Assembly (NCBI GenBank): GCA_963737905.1
Contig: CAVTUQ010000034.1
Span: forward strand, 32,001-96,000
DNA length: 64,000 nt
Direction of reading: 5' to 3'
Origin: an uncultured delta proteobacterium
Lineage (GTDB): Bacteria; Desulfobacterota; Binatia; UBA9968
Shown here: one piece after another, positions 9,911 to 19,948 of the stretch
Layout: every line of letters starts with the position of its first letter
Position numbering within the stretch: the stretch's first letter is position 1
Position numbers and translations under genes: made by a program
The notes under the pieces: generated by a model
What the model was told of the DNA's origin: nothing
What the model saw: the letters and a program-made list of their open reading frames with translations, nothing else
The model's database searches: none

Positions 9911-10785
9911 TGAGCATCAGCAATACTGAAGAAGGGGCGACGGCGGGGCTGACCCTTGCCGCCCACGAAGAGCTTGCCGCGGAGCAGCAAGCGGCCCGTG
10001 AGCGGGCACGCGCCGTCCAGCGCCGCTGGACGACTGTGCAGATAGCCATTCGGATCATCTCCCTGATCGTGGTGCTCGGCGCCTGGGAGTACGTGGGCAG
10101 GCAAATCAATCCCGTCCTGTTTACGTATCCTACGGCGGTGGCGTCCGCCGCTGCCAAGATGATCGCCACCGGCGAGCTGTGGAAATATCTTTCCCAGAGC
10201 CTCATTGTGCTGTTCGTCGGGCTCGCTCTGGCCTCGATTTTCGGTATCTGCCTGGGACTCATCATGGCGCGCGTTTGGGTCATCGATGTCGCCCTGGACA
10301 CTTACATTACGGCGCTCTATTCGATTCCCTCGGTCGCTCTGGTCCCGGTATTGGTGCTCTGGTTTGGCTTCGAGACCACGGCCAAGATCGCCGTGGTGTT
10401 TCTTTTTACTTTCTTCCCGATCGTGATCAATACGTACCAGGGAGTAAAAAACGTTGACAGTCATCTGACGGAAGTGGGACGAGCTTTCCGCTGCAGCGAG
10501 AGACAACTTTGGATTCATATCGTATTGCCGGCGGCGGTGCCCTACATCGTGACGGGTCTGAGGCTCGCGATCGGCCGCGGCTTGATTGGCATGGTGCTCG
10601 CGGATCTTTATACAGCCATCACCGGCATCGGCTACCTGATCTCGCGCTACGCCAGCATCTATCGCACCGATGCGATGTTCGTGCCCATCGCAACGTTAGG
10701 TGTTTTGGGCATTACCTTGACCGGGTTGCTGCGTTTCGTCGAGAGGCGGGTGGCGCCCTGGATGCAACAGCCCGGGCAAGAATGA
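9910..10785 (+). CDS. ABC transporter permease (SsuC/TauC-like)
   Basis: Multiple TM segments, EAA-like loop, IVLPAAVPYIVTGLRLAIG; overlaps the stop of the ATPase gene. Confidence 0.9.
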   Translation: MSISNTEEGATAGLTLAAHEELAAEQQAARERARAVQRRWTTVQIAIRIISLIVVLGAWEYVGRQINPVLFTYPTAVASAAAKMIATGELWKYLSQSLIVLFVGLALASIFGICLGLIMARVWVIDVALDTYITALYSIPSVALVPVLVLWFGFETTAKIAVVFLFTFFPIVINTYQGVKNVDSHLTEVGRAFRCSERQLWIHIVLPAAVPYIVTGLRLAIGRGLIGMVLADLYTAITGIGYLISRYASIYRTDAMFVPIATLGVLGITLTGLLRFVERRVAPWMQQPGQE

Positions 10786-10807
10786 GGCATTTTTTAGGAG
10801 GTGGAAT

Positions 10808-11878
10808 ATGATCAGTGAATGTATTCGTAGCCGTTCTCTTTTCACAAGACCCACGGCGCTCCGATTGTTGATCGCTCTGTTGGCGGTCGTTTTTAGCAGT
10901 GATCCCGCAGGGGCTCAATCGAAGGCGCCATGCAAGGAAATGCGCAAAGTCAAATTCGGAGTGTCGGTTTCACCGCCCAATGTGGTGCACACGCCGATCT
11001 ATGTGGCGCGCGATCTTGGGATCTTCGCGAAACATTGCATCGACGCCGAGGTCGTCGAGTTTGAAGGTGGCGCCTCGGCGGCAAATTTAGCGGCGGTGGC
11101 TCAGGGCCGCGCCTTAGCCACGATAAACGCGACCGCCATCGCGCAGGGTCTCAAGGCGAAACAATTCTGGGGTATGGCGCCCCGTTTGCCGCAAGCTTAT
11201 GTGGTGAGCGAAGAGATCAAGACGGCGGCGGACTTGAAAGGAAAGCGCCTAAGCGCCACGGGCGGCGGTGTAGGTGGGTTCAACTGGGTGATGGGCCGCG
11301 AAGTGCTAAAAACCGCCGGCCTTAAAGTCGACGATGTCCAGTTCGTATCGCAGGCGACCGCGGGCAGGCTTCCAGGGCTCCTCGCGGGCCAGCTCAATGG
11401 CGTGGCGCTCCATCCGGAAGATGTCTACTTAGCTCAGAAGCAAAAACCCGGGCTGCACGTCCTGGTGGAACTCGCCCAGTTGATGCCGAAGTATTTCTTC
11501 AACGCCTATGGCGCGGCGGACAGCATTCTGTCTAAGGACCCAGTCATGGTGCGCGACGTGGCGACAGCGCTCATCGAGACCAATCGCATGATTTATAATC
11601 AAAAAGAAAAAGTGATCCCGATCATGGTGGAAGCCACCAAGAAGCCTCAGGACGCAGTCAGCTTTTCCTATGACTACCTTGTGAAAAATTGCGTGTGGAG
11701 CGTCAACACCGGCTTTTCCAAGGAACGGACCGAGTGGTCGATTGAGAACGGCATCGAGAACGGCGATATCCAGGCGGACAAAAAGCCGACCTACGAACAG
11801 GTTGTCGACGTCAAGCTCGGCGAGGAGGCATTAAAAGCAGCAGGCGGGCCGACCAAGATTCGCGGCTGCGCGGATTAA
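10808..11878 (+). CDS. ABC transporter substrate-binding protein (SsuA/NMT1-like)
   Basis: Signal peptide, DLKGKRL; same operon as the ATPase and permease. Confidence 0.85.
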   Translation: MISECIRSRSLFTRPTALRLLIALLAVVFSSDPAGAQSKAPCKEMRKVKFGVSVSPPNVVHTPIYVARDLGIFAKHCIDAEVVEFEGGASAANLAAVAQGRALATINATAIAQGLKAKQFWGMAPRLPQAYVVSEEIKTAADLKGKRLSATGGGVGGFNWVMGREVLKTAGLKVDDVQFVSQATAGRLPGLLAGQLNGVALHPEDVYLAQKQKPGLHVLVELAQLMPKYFFNAYGAADSILSKDPVMVRDVATALIETNRMIYNQKEKVIPIMVEATKKPQDAVSFSYDYLVKNCVWSVNTGFSKERTEWSIENGIENGDIQADKKPTYEQVVDVKLGEEALKAAGGPTKIRGCAD

Positions 11879-11927
11879 TATCGCCGTTTCGAGTTTGGAG
11901 TTTAATGTTTCGCATTAAGACAAAACT

Positions 11928-12208
11928 CACCACGAAGGACGCGAAGAGCACGAAGATGAGAATTGGTTTAACCACAAAGAACGCAAAGGTCAGAAAGAAA
12001 AATTCTTTGTGTCCTTCGTACTAACATGCTCAAGAGCTTTTATAGTTTAAGCAAATTTTCTGAATGGAAGCGGCACTTGACGAAAGCCATTCTCACCACG
12101 GAGAACGCGAAGGCCACGAAGTAGGGCGGGTTTGAAACCTGCCCCCCTACATTTTTGTGTCCTTTGAGTTCTTTGCGGTTACATTCTTTCTTCGTGCCCT
12201 TCCTGGTG
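11928..12208. repeat. Nested cluster of palindromic 9-mer-unit elements with an internal GTAG-type REP
   Basis: Outer CACCACGAAG.../...CTTCCTGGTG, inner AACCACAAAGAAC.../...GTTCTTTGCGGTT, REP GTAGGGCGGGTTTGAAACCTGCCCCCCTAC at 12121-12150. Confidence 0.7.
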
Positions 12209-12237
12209 GATAAAACGAAATAGAAAGCGAGAACGTA

Positions 12238-13513
12238 ATGCCAGGCTACTCATTTTCCGAGATCAAGAATCGGCTCGACGATTGGCGGGTCTTCAACAAC
12301 ATGGTTGATTCGCCATACTACCGCGACGCGGTGTACGAGCGGTTTTCCGATAAAGAGTACGAGCGGCGCTACAGAGCGCTGCGGGCCAAGATGCGAGAGC
12401 GGGGTCGGGACTGCGTCATTGTGCCGGGCGGGCCGAACCATTGGAGTTTCGGCGGCGGGATGCTCTGGCTCTCCGGCCATTGGGAGTGGCACGCGATGGC
12501 CAACTACGTTGTTTTTCCTCTCGAAGGCGAGCCCACCTTGATCTACTCGATGGGCGGCACGCACATCGAGGCGACTCGAAGGGAGAGCGCCATCAAAGAC
12601 GTGCGGCCGTCGCGTGGCGGACGCTTTGCCGAGGTGATGATCGAGCGGATCAAAGAGCTGGGGCTTGATCGCGGCAAGATCGGTATCCTGGAAGTGGACC
12701 CGCGTTTTCACGACTACATGCCCGTGAACCAATACATGGCGCTCAGGGAGGCATTGCCGAACGCGGCTTTCAGCTTTGAGCCAGGTTGGATGCATGAATT
12801 GGTTTATCGGAAGAGCACGGAGGAGCTTGATTGCATTCGCAAAGCGGGTCAACTCTGTGAAGCTGCGATGCAGGCTCTAGTGGCTCGTTGCCGGCCCGGT
12901 GTGACCGAATATCAGCTCAAAGCCGCCGTAGCCGGCGCTATTTTGGAAGGAGGAGGAGATCTCGACTTCGCGATCATCGGCTCGACGCCCATGAAAAATC
13001 CGGCGCTGATCTTCGGCAACCCCCGGCCCTCGGGCCGCATGCTCAAAGACGGCGACATCGTGATGATGGAACTTGCCGCAGGCTACCGGGGCTACAGCGC
13101 GCAGATCGGCTCGCCGGTTTGTATGGGCGAACCGCCGACAGAGGTGCGACGCTTTTTCGATGAGATCGTGCTGCCGGGCTTCAAGCGCATGGTGGATGTG
13201 GCGCGAGCAGGCCATCATTTGAACGAGCTGGTCGAGGCCGCTCGCTTTTATCGCGAGCACGGCGTCCAATCGCGACCCATCCACATTCACGGCATCGATT
13301 TCGTCAGCTCGGAGCCGCATATCTTCACCGATCATGTCCAAGCGCGAAGAATATGAGCAGGTGCTTCAGCCTGGGATGGTGCTGGTGATCGAACCCAACG
13401 CCGTGACCGCCGACGGCCAGTTCGGTATCTTCTTCGGTCACACCTTCATTATCACCGAGGGAGAGCCGGAGTGCGTTGATAATTATCCGTGGGAACTTAC
13501 GGTGATTCGATAG
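12238..13513 (+). CDS. M24 / Xaa-Pro peptidase-creatinase family protein (frameshift near 13345)
   Basis: Creatinase-like N-domain, KSTEELDCIRKA, RPGVTEYQL, GDIVMMEL; shifted frame LQPGMVLVIEPN...FGHTFIIT ends TAG at 13513. Confidence 0.8.
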
Positions 13514-13599
13514 CAGGACAATGGCTGTTTGTGATTCCTTGACATTCGTACGGTGGCTCACTCTTCAAGAAGTTTCGTATTGAGATTCGTTGAGTACTA

Positions 13600-13776
13600 C
13601 CGTGCTATACCGCGGGCTGATATCTGGATACACCGCCCCAGGTGCAGCGTTTGTCGGGAGAAGAGATTGACAAGGCGGCGCTTGTTGGCGGATATTGCAG
13701 CCGTTTTTGCTCTTCCTCGATTGCGGGTTCCTGGATATCCCGCAGGAAGAGCCCGCAGTTCACTTAATAGTTAGCC
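13600..13776 (+). promoter_or_regulatory. 177-bp leader, copy 1: Pc-like promoter, hairpin and putative attI-like site
   Basis: TTGACA (13667)-18 bp-GATATT; hairpin GCTCTTCC..TGCGGG..CCCGCA GGAAGAGC; ends CACTTAATA/GTTAGCC; about 93% identical to 36859-37035. Confidence 0.7.
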
Positions 13777-13822
13777 TCATACTCAGTGCGGGAAATACCT
13801 TAGCATGTCCTAAACGGTCATT

Positions 13823-14888
13823 TTGAAAGGGGCTAGCAAGAGCAGAGGAGGGACAAAGACGCAGACCTATTTCGAGTGGCTGAGCCAGGCATCGCCCGAC
13901 GTCCAGCTTCAGCTGTTGGTCTCGGGCCACTGGATCGCGCAGGCGATCGCGGTCGCCGCCGAGCTTGGTATCGCGGATCTTCTCGCGGATGGCCCTCGAT
14001 CGAGTGACGATCTGGCGCAAGCGGCGGGCTGTCACTCTGATGCGCTCTACCGACTTCTGCGAGCGCTGGCGGGCCTGGGAATTTTTACCGAGGTCGAACC
14101 GAAGAGGTTCGCGCTCACGCCGATGGCAGAAACGCTCGGCGCCGACGCGCCGGCTTCACTTCGTAACTGGGCGATGCATGCCTGCGGTGACGCGCAGTGG
14201 CGCACCTGGGGCCGGCTGGGTAATAGCGTCCGGACAGGGCAGCATCCTTCAAGCACGTCCATGGCATGGACAACACACAGTATCGTGCACAACATCCTGC
14301 TGCCGCTGCGCTTTTCGATGCCGGCATGACTAGCCTCGCTACTCAAGTGGCCAACGCAGTAGTGGAGGCGTATGACTTCTCCGCGCTAGGCACTATAGTT
14401 GATGTGGGTGGTGGCCACGGCGCGCTGCTCATCGCCATCCTGAGCGCCAATCCGGAGCTGCGCGCGGTGCTGTTTGACCTACCCCGCGTGGTTGAGGGTG
14501 CGCGGGAGCCACTGTTGGCGGCCGGAATACTTGACCGCTGCGAGATCGTTGGCGGAGATATGTTCGATACGGTGCCGCTGGCGGCGACGTCTATGTGCTC
14601 TCGCGAGTCATCCATGGTTGGTATGACGATCGCTCGGTGGTTATCCTCGCGAACTGCCGCCGCGTAATGGAACGACAGAGCAAACTCCTCCTGGTCCAAG
14701 AAGTCATCCCTCCAGGAGACTCGTTTGCCTACGGTAAGCTGAGCGATCTCAACATGCTGGTCTCGCCTGGTGGGCAGGAGCGCACTGAGGCCGAATATCG
14801 CGCGCTCTACGCTGCGGCAGGTTTCACACTGACACGCGTCATTCCGACGCGGTCGCGCATTAACGTCATTGAGGGTACGCCGGTCTAA
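13823..14888 (+). CDS. SAM-dependent O-methyltransferase with dimerisation domain (gene cassette; two frameshifts near 14240 and 14580; start uncertain)
   Basis: AAELGIADLL..GP, LYRLLRAL, IVDVGGGHG, VLFDLP, GGDMF, LSRVIHGW, GGQERT..EY across three frames. Confidence 0.8.
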
Positions 14889-14947
14889 CTTGACCGATGG
14901 CAGAAAAAAGAAACGGAAGGAAAAAATCGGGGCTCGTGAATTGTCTG

Positions 14948-15005
14948 GCCTAACCATCTGCTTCAGACCGACGCAGACTAAGCGCCGCTGAGCATGGCGT
15001 TAGCT
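14948..15005 (+). mobile_element. attC site (58 bp)
   Basis: R'' GCCTAAC ... R' GTTAGCT with imperfect internal palindrome CCAT..GCTTCAG / CTGAGCATGG. Confidence 0.8.
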
Positions 15006-15039
15006 TCGGCGAATGGTTGTTTGCTAAACTGGTAAAGTC

Positions 15040-15511
15040 ATGCCGTCTTCGTCTACGTTGAGACCTCGGTCATCAGCTATTACACAGCTCGGCGAGCTGA
15101 GATATAGTGACTGCGGCCCGGCAGACGCTCACGCAAGAATGGTGGGACGAGCCGAGGCAGGTTTGATCTTTACGTCTCTGTGCTCGTGGTGGAGGAGGCT
15201 AAGGGCGGTGGTGCTGAAGCAGCCAAAGGCGTCTGGCAGCGATTTCAGGGCTCCCAATTTTGGAGATAATGACGCTGCAGAGAAATTGGGCAGGCGCTTG
15301 TTGGATGAGGGAGCTATCCCGTCATCGAGAGCTGAAGACGCACTGCATATTTCACTCGCAACGTACACGGAATGGATTTTCTCTTGACGTGGAATTTCCG
15401 TCATATCAACAACGCCGAAATGAAAGCACGAATCAGGACTATCATTGAGGCGGCAGGGTACGAGAGCCTGTTATATGTTCACCCGAAGAGTTAGGAGGTG
15501 GCGAGCTATGA
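15040..15511 (+). pseudogene. PIN-domain (VapC-like) toxin, multiply frameshifted, in a cassette
   Basis: VYVETSVISYYTAR, EDALHISLA, MDFLLTWNFRHINNA, CSPEEL in shifting frames. Confidence 0.7.
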
Positions 15512-15677
15512 AACCAGATCCCATAGTGGAAGAAGTTCGCAAGGTCAGGGAAGCCACGCGGCGAAGTTAACTACGATCTCTCAGCTATTTGTGCTGACCT
15601 AAGAAGAAAGAAAAAGATTCGGTTACGTGGTGGTGTCTCGTCGACCGAAGCTGCGGCTGAAGCCTACCGGAAGCTAA
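15508..15677 (+). pseudogene. Small PIN-associated protein (putative antitoxin), frameshifted
   Basis: MKPDPIVEEVRKVRE start; ATGA overlap with the PIN gene; RBS GGAGG. Confidence 0.55.
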
Positions 15678-15730
15678 CCGTTGGGTTGAGAAGGACGCGG
15701 CGGACCGCGCCTCTCACCTTAGCGTTAGCG
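15672..15730 (+). mobile_element. attC site (59 bp)
   Basis: R'' AGCTAAC ... R' GTTAGCG; internal TGAGA..GCGG/CCGC..TCTCA; core shared with the attC at 42357. Confidence 0.85.
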
Positions 15731-15795
15731 CGAAGCAAAAGCGATGATAAAGAGCGAGTAAAGAATAAGTAAATGGGGTCAGAGAACTTTTTTTT

Positions 15796-15850
15796 GTCCA
15801 ACTCGCGTTGAGCATTGGGCACTCGGTGCTGGCATGCTCTTAGCTTAGGC
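15796..15850 (+). mobile_element. Degenerate attC
   Basis: GTCCAAC ... GAGCAT/ATGCTC stem ... AGCTTAGGC (G of the GTT core missing). Confidence 0.45.
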
Positions 15851-16149
15851 GGCTTTGAGGCGCGACGGGACGGTTTGATAACGAGCCGAACACGCACACC
15901 AGGCGGGCGAGCATGTCGATGAGTGCGTCGGTGCTGAACAGATCAATCCGGCTCGAAGCAGGTCACTTACCCGAGGCTGGGTCACGCGGAGAATCTTGCC
16001 ACTTCGGCCTGCTTGAGACGTCGGGCCGCGATTAGCTTCTGGACTTTAATCAGCAGGTCCGAACGAACGAGCAGGTGCTCGGCTTCGTCCGGAGGAAAAC
16101 TCAGATCTCGGAACACATTGCCGCTTGATCGAGTTATCTTATTTTTCAT
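15845..16149 (-). pseudogene. XRE/HigA-like HTH antitoxin, frameshifted, with a short upstream toxin remnant; 3' end approximate
   Basis: ITRSSGNVFRDL..PPDEAE.LLVRSDL...KQAEVA then RIDLFSTDALIDMLARLG; inverted orientation is common for TA cassettes. Confidence 0.7.
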
Positions 16150-16477
16150 CTTGAACCTACCTTCCAATGGTGTCCGGCACGGTTTCTTATGCAAGTATTA
16201 GTATATCTGTCAAGCCGGACGAAAAAAGAGGATGACTCCAATCATCGGCACAGTCGCCTAATAGCTGCAGAGTCGAACGCCAAGTTCGGACGGTGCGTGT
16301 CTGCCGATGCAGATGACGACGAGATCGAGTATGGAAAGACCGTTGGCTGGTCGTTGCTCCGCCGTCGTACTGTTCATTGCGGTGTTGATCGCTGAACGCT
16401 GATAGTCCGGTCGCGGCAAAACGTTCACGGGCAACGTCGTTGTAACCATAAGCGTTAACATCACAGAGGAGGCAAGA

Positions 16478-16853
16478 ATGACTGAGCAAACAAAGAGTCT
16501 TTATACTCGGCTCGGTGGCTACGATGCGATTACTGCCGTTGTGGAGGATCTTCACCCCGGCTCGTGAACGATGCGCAGCTGGGGCGATTCTGGCAAAACC
16601 GGGGTGCGGATGGAATGCGCCGTGAGAAACAGCTCTTGATCGATTTACTTTGTGCCAGCGCCGGGGGACCGTCATATTACACCGGGAGGGATATGGGGTT
16701 ATCTCACAAGGGGATGAAAATCAGTGGGAGTGATGGGCGGCCTTCATACGTCATGTGAATGCTACTCTGGACGCGTTCCAAGTTCTTCAGCAGGAACGGG
16801 GCGAGGTGCTGGGTTTTATAGAAAGCACCAAGGCGGACATTGTCGAGGTCTAG
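16478..16853 (+). pseudogene. Group 1 truncated hemoglobin, frameshifted
   Basis: KSLYTRLGGYDAITAVV, LIDLLCASAGGP.YYTGRDM..SHKGMKIS; preceded by GTTAACA (16454) and RBS GAGGAGG. Confidence 0.75.
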
Positions 16854-16885
16854 AGGTGGGGGCAGCCGAAATAAGGAGGAATAAA

Positions 16886-17990
16886 ATGTTGCCCAAACAT
16901 CCAGATCCGACCGTTGATCATGTTTTAAAAACCTGGGCGCCGCGGATGATTGTTCAGGGAATCGATTACAACGACTTCATGACGACCGGCGCGCGCATTC
17001 GTGTGTGGGACGAGTGGTGCCGCGAGTGGTGCGTGACTGCGGCCGGCCACGAAACGTTTGCGCGGGAGAACGAAGCGAAGGGCAACCGGGAAAGCGCAAC
17101 TGAGGCTTATCTTCTGGCTTCTATGGCCTATCACTTCGCGTGCAACAACTCTCCTCAAAATCTTGACGAGTATATTCCAGCGGCGAAAAAGCGCGTCGAG
17201 TGCTACGCGAAGGCCGCGCCTTATCTCGATCCGCCGGCCGAGCGCCATGAAGTGCCGTTCGAAAACTTCCGCATGCCGGCTTATCTGCGAGTGCCGCCGG
17301 GAATTCAAACGACCGCCGGTGGTGGTGATCATCTCCGGACTCGAATCGACCAAGGAGGAAGCTCGTACAATGGAGGATGGCTTTCTGCGACGCGGGATGG
17401 CGACCTTTACTTTTGATGGTCCCGGCCAAGGCGAGACGTGGTTTCAAGGCGGCATGATCGTCGATTTCGAGCGCGCGACATCGGCGGTGATCGACTACCT
17501 TGAAAAAATTGCTCAAGTCGACACAAAAAGGCTTGGCGTTTTTGGGCCGAGCCTGGGAGGTTATCTCGCGCCACGATCGGCGGCCTGCGATTCGCGCATC
17601 AAAGCCTGCACTTTCGCTGGCGGTATGTACGACCGGACGCAGGTGGCGAACCGCTTGGAAGATCCATTCGAATACGCCCGCATCGCTCACATCTGGAAGG
17701 TATATGACAAACAGAAGCTGATCGAGCTGCACAGCCGCTGTACTCTGGCAGGATTGGCTTCGAAAATCCGCTGCCCGCTATTAGTGGTCCACGGCACCAA
17801 AGACTTTGTACCGGTCGAACAGGCGAAACGGACCTATGAGGAAGCCGCGGGCCCCAAGGAATGGGTCTTACTTGAGGGCGGCAATCACGTCTGCAATAAC
17901 ATGCCCTTCCGCTACCGCCCGCTGATCGGAGATTTTCTCGCCAAGCATTTAGAGGCGGAAAGAGTCCGACAATTTAAGGTAGATTCTTAG
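16886..17990 (+). CDS. Alpha/beta hydrolase (2,6-dihydroxypseudooxynicotine hydrolase-like; frameshift near 17305)
   Basis: GLESTKEE, FDGPGQGE, GPSLGG, LVVHGTKD, GGNHVCNN. Confidence 0.8.
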
Positions 17991-18001
17991 ACTTCGAGTC
18001 T

Positions 18002-18212
18002 GAGTATTTATCTCTAACACTTTATGCTGCTAACCATGCTGATAAAAGACGTTATCGCACCAAGACGCCAAGCACGCAAAGAGATCTAGAAATCCCCCTT
18101 TCATCCCCGCTTTGTCAAAGGGGGAAAGAGGGGATTTGATGAACCTTGGCGCCCTTTGCGCCTTTGCGCGAGACATTGTTGTTCGATCTCTTTTCAATTC
18201 AGAGTTTCAAAT
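18002..18212 (+). repeat. Composite palindromic element (inverted homolog of 30045-30246) with a nested hairpin at 18090-18137
   Basis: TCGCACCAAGACGCCAAGCACGCAAAG ... CTTGGCGCCCTTTGCGCCTTTGCGCGA around AAATCCCC...GGGGATTT. Confidence 0.65.
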
Positions 18213-18223
18213 ACCGGGCAGCA

Positions 18224-18366
18224 TTTTAGATTTTCGATTGATCTAAAATAAAGCATCGTAAAGTCGTCATCCTGGCCAAGCGAGCCCATCGGGAAGCTTA
18301 AGCCTGGATTCCCGCTTTCGCGGGAAAGACGCGTAAGACGAACGACTTGGCACTCTCAAAATCTAG
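18224..18366. repeat. Palindromic remnant containing CTGGATTCCCGCTTTCGCGGGAAAGAC
   Basis: TTCCCGC/GCGGGAA hairpin at about 18309-18326, flanked by TTTTAGATTTTCGATT and CAAAATCTA. Confidence 0.5.
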
Positions 18367-18456
18367 TTTGATCCCTTCTCCTGTCTGAGGTTGACACGGA
18401 CAAAATTGCAATGTTATTCGCTAGAAGCATTCGAACCGGGAAGAAAGGATTGGTTC

Positions 18457-19236
18457 ATGGCCACAGAGAGAAAATATATTCTTGTTGAAAAGCGTGGCGC
18501 CGTCGCGAAAATCACTATCAACCGTCCGGAGAAAAGAAATGCTTTGAGCCGGGATACGATTCGTGAAGTGTTGAGCGCTTTCGAAGAGCTACGAAGCGAC
18601 GACTCCATCGCAGTGGTCCTGACGACGGGCGCCGGCGATGTCGCCTACTGCGCGGGCCGCGATCTATCAGAGTTTCCCACTGAAGGCGGGAAGAATCGAG
18701 GCACAGACCGGCGCTCCGAGCCGCGCGCTTACCATGTTGCTGAAGTGATCCGTACCTTTCCCAAAGTCACTATTGCTGTCATCAACGGTTATTGCCTGGG
18801 CGGCGGGATTACTCTTTTGCTGCCGCACGATCTTGCCATCGCGTCCGATAAGGCTCAGTTCGGCTTGCCGGAGATCATGCGCGGGTTCTTGCCCTATCCG
18901 ATCATCGCGACGATGTTCAAGACACTAATTCCGACTAAATTGGCTTTCGAGATGATCCTTACCGGTAAGAATTGGGACGCGCAGAAATCAATGGAAGCAG
19001 GATTGATCAATCGCGTTGTGCCGCACGAGCAGTTGCAGGAAGCGGCGTGGCAGTGGGGCGAAGAGATCGGCCAGTTCGACAAAGTGACTTTGAAATATTG
19101 CAAAATGGCCGCCCATACTTCGATGGAAGCCGCCAGCGTGCCGGCAGCGGCGGAAATCGCGTGGCTAATGCAAGAAGAGCATGCTTTGGTCAATCCGCGG
19201 GCGTACGCCGGGACGCGCGAGTTCCAGAAGCATTAA
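18457..19236 (+). CDS. Enoyl-CoA hydratase/isomerase family protein
   Basis: ITINRPEKRNAL, YCAGRDL, NGYCLGGG, FGLPEI. Confidence 0.9.
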   Translation: MATERKYILVEKRGAVAKITINRPEKRNALSRDTIREVLSAFEELRSDDSIAVVLTTGAGDVAYCAGRDLSEFPTEGGKNRGTDRRSEPRAYHVAEVIRTFPKVTIAVINGYCLGGGITLLLPHDLAIASDKAQFGLPEIMRGFLPYPIIATMFKTLIPTKLAFEMILTGKNWDAQKSMEAGLINRVVPHEQLQEAAWQWGEEIGQFDKVTLKYCKMAAHTSMEAASVPAAAEIAWLMQEEHALVNPRAYAGTREFQKH

Positions 19237-19390
19237 GGGTCTTCGGGCTTTCTGTGGAACAGGCTCGGAGATTGCACCGCAGAGACGCGGAGGACGCGGA
19301 GTAAAACTTTCTTGATTAAAAAATTCGCCGAACTCTGCGAGCTCGGCGCCTCTGTGGTGAATACCTTTTCGTAGGAAACCCGGAGTAGCC
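19237..19390. mobile_element. 154-bp MITE-like element (empty form)
   Basis: Imperfect terminal inverted repeats GGGTCTTCGGGCTTTCTGTGGAA / TTTTCGTAGGAAACCCGGAGTAGCC; internal CACCGCAGAG..CTCTGTGGTG palindrome; second copy at 22615-22933. Confidence 0.7.
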
Positions 19391-19433
19391 AAAATAAATA
19401 GCCCAAAGAAAAAGAGGTGAAAGGAATAAACCG

Positions 19434-19874
19434 TTGACGACGGATCGTCTCTCGGGAGGAGTCCTGGTTCTCTTTGCGCTTCTGGTGATTTTGGAAAGCC
19501 GCCATTATCCACTCGGAACATTCCGTCTCCCCGGACCCGCATTCGTACCGGTCCTACTCGCCTCGCTACTTCTGATCTTCGGAGTTTTGCTCGTGTTCAC
19601 GTCCAGCCGCGCTCCACGGCTCTCCTCGGTTAGCTGGACCGAGTGGCGCCATGCGTTAGCGATTTTGGCAGCATGCGTGTTTGCTGTTTTTGCAACCGAA
19701 CGACTTGGCTACCGCCTCACGGTTTTGCTCATGCTGGGCTTTCTGACAAAAGTTGTGGAACATCGCGGTTGGGTGCAGACCCTACTGTTTGCTTTTGGCC
19801 TGGCGTTTGGGTCGTTCTTCTTGTTCTATACCTTGCTTCGAGTGCCGCTGCCTGAAGGGCCCTTCGGTTTCTGA
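19434..19874 (+). CDS. tctB: Tripartite tricarboxylate transporter small membrane subunit TctB
   Basis: 4 TM segments, PGPAFVP, ERLGY, F...LRVPLPEG; upstream of tctA. Confidence 0.85.
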   Translation: MTTDRLSGGVLVLFALLVILESRHYPLGTFRLPGPAFVPVLLASLLLIFGVLLVFTSSRAPRLSSVSWTEWRHALAILAACVFAVFATERLGYRLTVLLMLGFLTKVVEHRGWVQTLLFAFGLAFGSFFLFYTLLRVPLPEGPFGF

Positions 19875-19890
19875 AAGGGAACGAATCAAG

Positions 19891-19929
19891 AACGTTTTGA
19901 ACGGCTTGAACGATTTAAACGGCTTGAAC
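19891..19929. repeat. Tandem 9-mer repeat (TTGAACGGC-like)
   Basis: TTGAACGGC TTGAACGAT TTAAACGGC TTGAAC; same unit at 45911-45981. Confidence 0.6.
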
Positions 19930-19948
19930 CTTTTCTGTCGAAACGCCT

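Noticed and set aside
13617-13633. LexA box in the 177-bp leader (CTGATATCTGGATACAC)
   Set aside because: Spacing and right half do not fit CTGT-N8-ACAG.
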